Shown here: piece after piece, positions 1 through 12,500 of the stretch
Layout: each line of letters opens with the position of its first letter
Position numbering within the stretch: position 1 is the stretch's first letter
Origin: Mytilus edulis
Lineage: Eukaryota
Direction of reading: 5' to 3'
Assembly: GCF_963676685.1 (NCBI RefSeq)
Contig: NC_092357.1
Coordinates: 17,050,001-17,114,000, forward strand
DNA length: 64,000 nucleotides
Translations under genes and position numbers: made by a program
The notes under the pieces: model-generated
The model's input: the letters and a program-made list of their open reading frames with translations, nothing else
Databases searched by the model: none
Told to the model about the DNA's origin: nothing

Positions 1-246
1 TGGAAGTACCCATACTACAAATAACAATTATAAAGTTAATTCAGTATGGACATATAATATATGTTAACAATAGCTTAGTGTTCATTGTTTAATTTCAAGT
101 CTTTAAAAATATGTTAAAGACTATATGCATATATACAGAACATGTATGCACATTTTTTAATTGGCTTTTAAGAGATAATACAGCATTCTAACGGCTTAAA
201 CCAGACAAGGGGCCGTCTTAAACTTGCAGTAATAAATCTCTTACGG

Positions 247-506
247 CTATCCAAAAGTATTGCTATTGAACATCTGTTTCTGTGTATTACCTGGTAGTGC
301 TGTCGACGAAGATGTTGTTGTTTCAGGATTGTTTGGCCTTGATGCTGTCGACGTAGATGTTGTTGTTTCAGGATTGTTTGGCCTTGATGATGGGGACGCT
401 GGAGTTATCCCGTTACACGTGTAACAACACAAGTTCCTGTCTGTCTCACTATAAGTCGGGCATACATTAATGTCACAGCTGTGTGCCCTATCACCAAACT
501 CGCAAT
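247..506 (-). CDS. ADAMTS-like exon 18, PLAC-like repeat 4 plus S/T/P-rich tail, stop TAG at 247-249
   Basis: [20 protein letters not shown] then a mucin-like tail; an internal donor at 289-290 is an alternative end. Confidence 0.75.
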
Positions 507-3500
507 CTGCGATATAAAAAATAACATAGTAAACAAAAATCAGAACTCCAATGCAAGGTCAAGTCAAAAAGGGGATGTCCATAAACCCTGAAAAAATCAG
601 ACGTTCGGCTACTTTATTATATTAATCAATGGAACAAATGGAAAACTTGTCATACTCCTGACTTGGCACTACAGCTAGCTAAAATATCAATGACAGTTGT
701 ACAAGATTCTACTATATTAAGATATTTGGTGAGCTATCAAAACAACCTTCATTGGTTCAAAAGCATTTTTTTTACTATTTACCTGTTCTTTATTTGTGAG
801 AAGATCGATTAACACATTCATATCGAATTGAGGATAGAAATGAGGAATGTGTCAAAAAGAAAACTATTTTTCCAAAAACAGGTTTTGTAGTTATTCGGAC
901 AGTTTGTTTAAGCATGCATTCCTCAGATATAACATTATGCTTTAAGAACTCTCATGTACTTAAGCGTTCAGATTATTCATACATATTCCTACGTGTCTCT
1001 TTATTTTGCTTGTATTCGAAGTTTTAGTTTTTAATCGTCCCTTGAAAAGCAATTCAAGAGAAGGGATTTGGACACACAATTTTTGTAAATTATTATTTCC
1101 ATTCAAAAATTAAAAAAAAAATGTGTTTTAAAATAAATTGTCGGTAAACAACACTCTGTTACAGTTTACTTTGAATACTTCTAAACTCTTCAGATGGTAT
1201 GACCGGTCATTAAAAAGAAGCAATCATATAGGTAATTTTTTTTATCATATTTTAATAAAAAGATAAGCTGAATAAAAAAAAAAGAAGTTTCACATAGTTA
1301 ATTTTATTTAATTGTCAAATTTATAGTAAACACATTTTATACCGACTAGCCTTAGCTTCTTGCAGCTGCGTACAGTGATACCGAGATTTTTGGTCTTTCT
1401 GATGTCTACGTTTTTTTAAGGAGCTTAAGATCTCAAATATCGTAAAATGACTGCAGTACACCATATTCACAAGACATTTAAAATGAACTATGTTGTTTTT
1501 TTAGTGACTCATATGGTCCGGAACATATACATGGATTAATCAACCTAAGAAATATGATATTCACCAAAGCCAACGGCCGAGGGCGAATGCCAGATCTCTT
1601 GGGTTAATTAATCATTGTATCAACTGAAATCAAAAGTAAAGAATTGCTCTATCATATGATATTCTATCTTTTTTATAATTTTCTAGTATTTGCTGATTAT
1701 ACATTTACATTTAATACTGCTCCCTGTGTTTATACTAGATATATGTGCTTTTGCAGTTGCTAATTTTAAATAAATAATACTAAAAACAAATGCAACAAAA
1801 ACAAGAAAAGGGTTTAATACAACAAAACAAAACACCAGAAAACATACGTGGATTAATTTGACGTCATAAACCTTATGTCATTGACGTAACCCTGAAAAGC
1901 AATATGCATGTACGCGAACGCTGTTCCAAACAGCGTTCGCGTATGAAAATCTCGTAATATTTGAGGCAGTAAATATAACTTTTTATTATAAAGGATTTCC
2001 TTTGCTTTTCGCCAAATGAATGAGAAAACAGAACATTTATGGTCATATAATATAATACAAATTATTACATGACTTCTCTGTTTGACAGAGCTTGATAATG
2101 TATAAATAATGTCTGTAGAATAAAGATATAATTTTCATTTTGTAACATTGTAAGTTATAAGGCACATATGTATAACATGGATTCGTTAGAAACGATTGTC
2201 GAGTTTCCCGCAAGAGGATTATTGATCAGAAAAATAAAAACAGTATTATTCCACTCCAGTTCTAGTGTGGTTTGTGTTGCTCAGTCTTAAGTTTGCTGTG
2301 TGAGTTAGAAATGCTGTTACTTTCTGTTTATCTTTTTACCTTTTTGCCATGATCGCGGTTTCAGTTCATTTTCTACTTTTTGAATGTCCTATTAGCATCT
2401 TTTCGAAATGAATGCTATTATGAACATACAAGATAAGATGAACTGTCTTTTTGTTTTAGGATGAACTCAAACGTCACACTTGCTGGCGAAAACTATACCT
2501 GTTATAGTGGATTTAAACTGTGTGCACGTTTGGCAGCATGTATTTCCATTATCTCCGTAACATTGGTAGCCACCTTTTATACCAGAACAATCTGAACGAT
2601 CACCATATTTACAATCTAAAAATAAACATGTCTTAATTCTTTGCCACAAAGCCTAAATGATCGCGTTTTTAAAATTCAAGTCCCACATATTAATAGATAT
2701 TCTAGAATATTGCATTTGTAAGCTTGAATAGTTTCTATATAATAGTAAATTTATTATGCAAACAGTCACGCAACAAACATGGTTTCAAATGAGAAAACTT
2801 TAACATATAGCTATATATTTGGTTTAAAAAGAATGACGTAAAATAAACTAAATTACAAATGACTATATTCATTTTCCAATTTGATAATACATCTTTGTGT
2901 TTTCGCCTAAAACGACGCCAGTGTCATCAATGCCTTGCATTTGCATTTAGTTAGATTTAAAATGATTATATAACAAAGGTACTAGTCTAATAAGTTGATG
3001 TATCAGACGCGCTTTTCGTCTCTATATGAATCATTAGTGGCTCTCAGATCAAACTGGATAGAAAGCCCAACAAGTATAAATTGTAAGAACATTGCATTTC
3101 CAAAAGTTGTGCCAAATACGGATCAAAAACATGATTTATTATTCATAAATGAAGTTCCATAGCAATCAAAATGATTTGTAAAGTCTAAACATATATTAAA
3201 TTGTACTGTTGTCCTTTCAAACATACCTGGTATATTTGTGATATACGGTGAACAGGTATTACAGCAGTTTTCACCATTAGCATAACAACCATAACTCGTA
3301 ATGGCAGAACAGTCGGATTTGTCTCCAAACTCACAACCTGTACATTAAATCATATCATTAGAAATATCGAGTGTGTTTATGTATGCGTTTGTTTGAATAT
3401 AGGATCAAATAAGAATTAGATGGAAAACTGGAAGCCAAACCCTGCCGTTTGGTTCTACATACTTCGTGTTCTAGTTTGATTAGAAGTCATTTGTAAGAAT

Positions 3501-6500
3501 AAACCAAACTGTATTCGTGAGAGTCAGAGATTTAACATACCCATAAAACTAAGTTTACATCCTTGTCATAAGAAAAAGAACATGGAGTTCTGGGTTGTTT
3601 TTTTGGTTTTTTGGTTTTTGGTTTTTTTTTTTACTTTATGCAGATTTATTCATTAGTAAGCCTGAATTAAACATGCCTTTTAGAAACGTATTGGCATGTA
3701 TTATATTTCGCCTAAACATGGAAAGATGTCCTTTAAAATTTTGCCCAAATTCAAATAAAATAGTCCAATAACTCGTACTTAGATCTTATTATCTGTAAAT
3801 AAACTGAAGCCAATGTCATCAATAAGATAAAGTTACATACAACTCTCTTCCTTTGTCAACAAGAGAAATGACCAGCATTATATTCAGTCTAGGTTACATT
3901 ACGGATTCGTTTCATCTGTTCTTACTTTAAGAAGATCAAATACAATTGAAATAGGTATCTGAGATGTACGTTTGAACCAAATATCAAACTTCAATCATGC
4001 ACTTTGAGTATGTGTGAACGTCTGTTCCTGTGTAACTTTGAAATTGAGACGTTGAAAGTGAGGCATTCCGTGTGATCCGGTCTTTGACTTAATATGGTTT
4101 ACTTTTACAAATAGGAACTTGGATTGAAATGTTTTTATTATCACTCAAACCACATACCTACATCTATTAACAAAGTGTCATAATTATTTTGTAAATCTAT
4201 CTGAACGTAAACATTGGAAATCGGATATTAACTTTTCCCTAAACAAAGACGTTCTATATTATATTTTGAATAATACAACTTGATAACCTCACTCGAATCA
4301 AACCCTTACCTAGTACCAAGCTATTCTAACTGCATGTACTAAGTAATAAATTAAGTTATAGAATACATACGTAAAATTCAAAGTTACCTGTTACGCCTGT
4401 AGCGATATTGTTACAAGATTTACAACATTGTGGATAAATAGTTGGGTTGTAGCACCTGTACGATTGCTGAAGGATAAGTGAGGCACAAGTTTTCCCTAGG
4501 AAAATCACACCTGTCTGATCACCAAACACACAGTTTTCTAAAAAAAAATAAAGGTCAGAAAAAACTACTGCAAAAATATATTTTTTTGGTTTATAGAATA
4601 AATGTATTGAAATTCCATTGAAAAAGTCTTTGTTTTGGCATACACAAGCGTAAAACAATTTTCATGTAGGTGTTTAGTTCTCTGTTAAGGATTTGTCCTC
4701 GTTCTGTTTATATTTTCATTAGATTATCAATCTTTCAGTCAACATGCACAAGACCTATATTAGACATGTTAAAAAAAGTTTACAATTGAGAGTGGGTAGT
4801 CTAGTTGAGTTGAGAAATTAAAATAAGAAATGATTTCAAAATTATGAATTTTATTGTTGAATTACTAGGTATATAAATATTTAAATAGTGCATACAATAC
4901 TGGTTTGATCCCAATTGGTGATTTTTTTTAACAATAAGTCATTTGGTCTCTTTTGGAGATTTGTCTCATTTGCATTTATGTTTATACCAGATCTTCTTAC
5001 TTTTATATGTCTCAACATGATTTTATTGGAGTAAACATTTGATCTTTCTTATTAATTTTCTATTGCTGTACCAGAAAAGTTAATGCGTCAAGAGTTACTT
5101 AGTTACATAGTTACACATAAAAAATGTATAATTGGTTTTATTTTATACAGTAATTACAGAAAACTTATAATAAAGAGTAACTGTCCATCAAACAAGGTGA
5201 TAAGTGATAAAAACTTGTTTTGTCTTATTTCTTTAGCTCATTGACAACATGTTCCAAACTTTCATTTCGATATGTTGCAATTTAATTTTCCCTCAATTAT
5301 TTGAAGTAACTTTTGTGTGTATGTTTGCTCTTAATTTAAAGAAATCTGTACCTGAGCCTTCGTTCTACAGTATGTATAGTGTATGAAAACTGCTAACTTA
5401 ATATTAAAATAAAGGCTAGATTAACCTCAAACTTATTGAGTGTAACTGTAGTAGGCTTTTTCATAGATATTTTTAACAAAAATGAATGAATTTACTTTAC
5501 AAATTCCTTGAATTTAATCAGTGAATCTGTGAAAAAGATCTTAATTATATCAGGGATTTTGTAAAATCACTAGTCAAAATTAGGGATTTTATAAAATCAC
5601 TAGTCACAATTACTAATCAGTTCAATGAATTTACAAATTCCCTTATACTTCAGTGATTTTACAAAATCCCTGATTTCACAAATTCCGTGTAACATATATA
5701 CACTGTTCAGTTTGTTCAGATTCATGCGATTTTAGTGCAAAGAGGTTTTTTTGTGTCCTGTTTTGTCTTGTTTTGCTATATTCTAAATGAATGTTTGAGA
5801 TTTTAACATTAATAAATTACTCTATCATTTATTTCAAATTTTTACAGTTCTTGGTTCAACTGACTTTAATGATTTTTCGAATAGCATTAAAGGAACCAAA
5901 AGTTGTATCAAATATCAGTAATGAATGGCTGATCAAACAAAAAAAGTCATATTTGAAATGAAATGACCTCATGATGGGTGTAACTTGTTTAGATTTAAGA
6001 ATAACATTGTGGATGCAGACAATTGGGAAGATGATAACTATGTCATTGTAATATAGATAGAAAGCAATATGTATAGACTATTTGACCTAGATTAAATGAG
6101 TCATCACACAATGAGGAAAAAGCATTACAAAACAAAACAAATCAAATCAAAACACCTATCGAAAGGCATTTAAATGATTACAACAAAATATAAAGGATAA
6201 ATACATTCACACTTTCTCTAAGTATCTGTAAAACAAACGAGAGTAATTTTTCCGATTGTATATCGAATCGTCTCTTTGTAGGATACCGTTTTGAATTGGC
6301 CTCAATAGATAGAAAATTCTCATTTCAGGAAATAACACAACAGTCCGTATATGTTCGATATATGTGTCAATACTTCTTACCTGTCAGTGCGGGGGCGTTT
6401 GACGATGAGACACACTCATAGCCTTCACACCACTGTTTGAAACAAAACATATAAACATATGAATAACTATGAAGAATTAAACAATTAAAAATTGCAATAA

Positions 6501-9500
6501 AAAACATAGGATTGAAATTTTGTAAAAAATCTTAACAATAAACACGCTTGTACTACATAAGTTTAAACATCTAAATATATAATAATTAGAAAAGCAACCG
6601 GCATAAACTTTATCAGTCATACATTAAATACATTGTAGTATGCGTTATCGTTCCATTATTATATTTTTGGGTCAAGACAATTCTTGTAAATAAAGGCAAC
6701 AGTAGTATATCGCTGTCCAGAATTCATAAATCGATAGAGAAAAAAACAAATCCGGGGAAACGTATCAAATATAAGAGACCTACGACACAACAGAGACACA
6801 ACACTGACATGTAACACACAGAGAAACGAACTAAAATGTAACAATGGCCATTTTCCTGACTTGGTACAGGGCATTTTTGATGTGCATCTAAATTCCAAAT
6901 ACCAAACAATTAGCATAAGAGATGTTAATAGCAATATATTGACTGACTATTATTTTTAAGCATAAACCCGAATTATCATCAAAAGATATTGAATTTGATA
7001 GACATGAACTGTTCTCCCCCCAAAAAAGCAATGTTCAGAAGTCTATAAACGTATGAATCAATCTTCATAAGATAATGCATTGGAAAATAAAATAATGATT
7101 TTTAATACCTTTCCATTTCCGCAAGACGTCCGCTCAGCTGGTAAAATCAATGAACACTGGTTTGCTAAATTTGGATTTACACACCACAAACCTGTACATG
7201 CTGTTTGAAAACTACCAACATTTACGTATGGTAACTAGAAAGGAAAATATCAAAGCATGCAGACGGGTTATGGTTTTGTCATATATTTTATGATGCTTGA
7301 TTTTCATATGAAAAAGGCATAATCTTTCAATCAGTTAAATTGAGGTCTGGAGCTTGCTTATCAGTAACTGCTACTAGTCCTTTGGTAATTTATGTATTAT
7401 TGTCATTTAGCTTAGTTTCTATAATTGCATGTTATTAGTACTTCTTTTAAACAAAGTTTTACTGTGATTATTGCTGTGTATTTCTTTATTCTGAATTGGC
7501 TAGAGGTATAGAGGGAGGATTGAAACCTCACTAAACATGTTTAACCTCATCGCATTTTTGCGCCTGTCACAAGTCATGAGCCTCTGGCCTTTGTAAGTGT
7601 TGTATGTTCTTATTTAATTATAGCTCGTGTATATGTTTGAAAGTTTAGTATGACGTTCACTTTCTCTGAACTAGTACAATTTATTATTTCGGGACCAGAC
7701 CAGGTGAGGCGGGTACGGGGTTTTCTCGCTGTGTTGAAACCCCATTGACGGTCATCAGCTGTTATTATCTATTTGATCGGGTTGTTCTCTACTTTACATA
7801 TTCCTCATTTCCATTCTTAATTTTAATAAATATTGAATGTTAAATCAACAATATCATGTTTACATATTTCACCTGTTATATGGTATTTCCAATGTGTATC
7901 ACTATCAACTCCTGCGTATTGAATAAACATTTCCTTCTCTGCTTTCAATAATGTTATACTTTTATACAACCTGGATGACTTGTATCAAGTAAATTTTTGT
8001 TATTGTTTCAGTAGCGTATGTTGGTCTTATTTGTAGAAAGAAATATTTAAACTCTTTGATTAAAGAAAATTAATTCACTAGCAGAAGAATAATAATAGAT
8101 CATTCTCATATCAAATGAAAAGGATATGATACTTGCAACATTCTATGAATTTACGCATGTGTGTAGTTCTTTCGAGGTAATTGATCAAACACAAAAGTGG
8201 TGATGAACAACGCTAACAAGATTTTTTTTTATATTTGATTCTAAGTAAGGAACAACAACGTATGAAATATTACATGATTTGTTACATCTTTTGCTATGAA
8301 TTGTATTCCAATAAAACATATAGTTAGACAAATATATATATATATATATATATGCAGTTATGCAAGACAACACGTCCTCAAAGATATAAAATTGAGTAGC
8401 AAATTTAATCATTGGTTTTGTCATTAGAAAGACGATATTGTTCAGTATTTACTTGACGAAGAGATGATGTTGCATAGGACAGATACAACTATTTTGTTTA
8501 TGATATTCTTATTTTAAAAAATCAGCAATAGATTTTCCGTACCTATGTTGGTCGGATGTTGTTTCGTTTTGATTTTTCCTTGGAGTTCAGTATTTTTGTT
8601 ATTTTTTTATTTTCTATAATCAGAAATGTTGTTTTTCTTTCACATGTTATTTTGTGGTGATATGTTATTATCATCCTCTACATTTTTCTATAAGTAGTGA
8701 TCATGCTGTCGGGTGAAAGAAATTTGTTGAGCATATAACTTTACATCAGCCACTATTGTGATTACTTTGTAAAAAATTACCCTGCAGACAAACGATGAAA
8801 CGCCAAATGCCATCTTACATTGCTGATCAGCAGTATATGATTGACCAATCGGCTGTGTTAAATATGAAACAAGGCTATTATGATTGCTGGAAACTGTTGT
8901 TGATAAACAGTTATTGCCAGAACTGAAATACAAAATAGTAAAGTTATAAATGTATACCTAAATATAACAGTAATGTATCTTCTCAGAGAGATCGGTAGTC
9001 AGTCGATACTTGTAACGCAATATGGACATGTTTTTATCTATTAAACACGTGTTATCAAATAAAAAAAGTATTTGTCCATAGTACAAGGATTTTCCTTATT
9101 GCAATATCTAGGAAGCAATGTTCAGTGGACCGTGAAATCGAGACCAAAACTCTAATTGGCAATAAAAAAAAGACATATCATACCATTGGAAAATGTGTAC
9201 TCAGTTTCAAGTTGATTTGACTTCAACTTCCTCAAAAACCAGCTTAAACCAAAACCTTTAACCTAAAATGGGATATACGAACGAGCGAACGAACGTACGA
9301 AAAGTCGCACAGACCAAAATACATAATGCCCCTAGTTGGGGCCTTACAACTTACAGTAGGGAATACATTTACTCGTAGCTCCGCTTCACTGAAGATGCAC
9401 TGAGTGTCGACAGTTGCATTCGATCAATTAGAATATATACAGATAATGTTATTAACATAATACATGAATATACACCGGCCTAAATTCCATCAGACACAAA

Positions 9501-12500
9501 AAGATATTATTTATTTAACAACATGAACAATGTGTACACAAATAATTCACAAGATACTTACCTTTCTATCGTATTTATTCGGGTATTTATTTCTTGTCCA
9601 CTACAGGATGAAAACTTCCATGGATTTGTTGATGTGGATCCGCTGATGGCTTGACTGACAGCAGCCATTATGTTACTACTTGCTGACAGACAATTATTTT
9701 CAAGCTCGTCATGGACTGCACTTAAACTGAAATGCATTATTGTATTTTGTAACATTTTCTGAGTTGATATGCATGTTTGTGAATGTTTTAAGCATTGACG
9801 TATATTCTCTTAAGTTTGGATAATGTATTTGAAAACAGAAGAATAAAATGTACAATACTGGGTGCAATTAATAACCATAATTGTAGTAATACAACGCTTT
9901 TTCAAAAAATTAAACAGAAAATCAGCAATAATTTGTTTTTTTTTGTATTATTTTTTGCTTTACACTGAAGACTACAGACGTTCCACTAGTCATGTTAGTG
10001 AAACTCTCACTTTAATCAAGAAGTACGGTTATTATTCCATCCTATACACATATTTCGGCAAGGTTTTAAATCTATTTTCAAATACTACATGCCTGCTATA
10101 TGCATCACTTGTATGATTAAGTTTCTCCTGCGATTGACTTTGTGTTGACAACGTTCAAAGTTTATTTTTGGTGGGTTCGTTTTGCAAAGTCTTTTGTTTT
10201 ATGTGTTGTGTTTTGTGTATATTTTGTTTGTTTCTCTTTCTTTTTAGCCATGGGATTGTCGTGTTATTTTCTCTTAATGAGTTTGCATGCCCTTTTGTTA
10301 TCTTTCTCCTCTCTTTCTTATATTCGGCGTTGGTCGTTCCCGATGAAGGGAAGTTCAGAAAGGTGTTTTTTACGCATGACATTTATTGTGTTGTTTTCAT
10401 TCTTGTTTATTTAACGCCATGTGTTTTTTGGTTCATATTTGGTAAAGTCCTATGATGCTGCACATCATGTTTATGTAATTGTGGCCTTTTTATCAAAAAT
10501 AGCAGAAGTAATGAGACACATTTGTAAAAAAAAAACAACACCAAAATAAAAACAACAAAACACTGATCAAAACGTACCCCGCCATAAGCAATGGCTGATA
10601 TCAGATGCTCACAAATGATATGCAATTCCGTCATGCTCTTCAATATACCTATCATTGATATTTCGACCAAAAATTAAAAACATGTTCACATAAGTTGTCG
10701 ACATAGGAATTTGAATATCCCTATTGTAATGTTAGCCAGTGATTGTTAAAAACACTGTTTTGAAAAACAATGACAGAGACGTCTTTGTATACAATAATGC
10801 AATATCTATATGATGTGTACTGAATTATAGAACTATGACTGATGCAGGGCGATAATTGCAGTATTTATCCAACATTATCTTAAACCTTTTGCATCATATT
10901 TACCTATGTGCTAGCTCATGAGCAGCAATTGTTTGTGATATAAAGTTGAAATCTTCCTCTACTATAGAAACACTTTGATCTGTGCACATTGCTCCAAGAT
11001 AAGCATAGCCTAAAACAATATGAACTCTCTTTATATAAAATGGTGACAAAATTCCTATTAAAATACAGGGCACTTGTTTAAGCATCATTTTCATTTGTCC
11101 ATTATCTAGCATATTCTTCATTAGAAAGTGCTTGTACCAAGTGAGGAGTATGACCATTGTTTTCCATTCGTTTGATGTGTTTGAGCATCTGACTTTGCTG
11201 TTTGAGTTGAGAAGGGACTTTCCGTTTTTCAATTTCCTTTGAGGTTGGTAATTTTATTCCTTCTTTTTATCATGTTGAACATGGAATGTACGTGCACTTT
11301 AATTTTTTCTTCTTTTTTTTTCACGTAAGGTTTGAATTATTTCCCGATGTGCTTGTAAAGTTTTGAGATCTTCAATTCTTAAATATTCTTACCTGTAGCA
11401 TTACTGCTGTCCAGCAAAGTAATGTCATGTCTGAATATAAATTATATACAAGGATAAAATATCTGAAGCAATGACAGTTATTTCAAATTCTGAAATATAT
11501 CCCCTACATGCCAAGCATCAATTCTGTAATTTTATTTAGCTAAAAAATCAAATTTTGGTTTATAGCTTATAATTTTTTTCAGTTTTTTTTAATATTAAAT
11601 AGTTTGGCATAGAGTATCACTGAAGAGACATATAATGTCGTAACGCATGTCTGGTGCAGTGATATTGGTAACGATAATAGTATTCTAATGTAATCATATC
11701 ATGGTTAAATAAAATATCAAAAGATGTGACAAGTCTATTTTCGTTTTTGCTTCAAACTTACCTTTAAAAAATAAATGTCAACACTTAGACAACATACATT
11801 GTTATATATTGAGCCGACTTTTGTGAATTTGTCAATTTTTCTAACAAAATGTGTTCGTTCTTATTATCTTATCTTCCACATTGGAATACAGTTTTTGGTA
11901 CATATCTTAAGTTAAGAAAAATCTCATTAACACAAGCAAGACCTACATTTACCCTCAATTTTATTGTGATCGTTCGTGTTGCATAATTTTTAGTTTAACA
12001 TGTAGTACATTGTACTCAGTAGACTCGTTTCTGTCTATTTATTCCTTTTAACGTTTGTGTAAAATGTGTTTTTGTCCATTGCATTACAAAACTACATTAA
12101 AAACTCTGTTAACATCGTTTCAGCGAAATTTGCTAGCAAATTAAACAAAATTTCGTTTTGAATTTTCCTCAGAATTCAGCAGAGGTAAACACCTATTCAA
12201 ACAAAAAATTCTCTGAAACTGACATTATCAAGATGCTTGATTTTTTTTATTGACAAAATATGTGTTACATTTGGATGACGTGGTTTTCAACAGACTGTCG
12301 GCATTCCAATGGGAACCAATTGTGCCCCTCTTATTGCCGACTTTTTTTTTGTGTATATTGATGCTGACTTCCTTTAGGAACTTTTAAGGAAGAAAAATAA
12401 GAAGTAAGCAATATCCTGTAACTTTACTTCCTGCTATATAGATGATGTTTTCTCATTAAATAATTCCAAATTTGGCGAATATGTTGCACGTATCTATTCT

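Noticed and set aside
10142-10455. Hydrophobic F/L/V/C-rich ORFs (also 13108, 14450, 17770, 39957, 44923, 50903)
   Set aside because: Translations of the T-rich tail of dispersed repeats that recur many times in the window.
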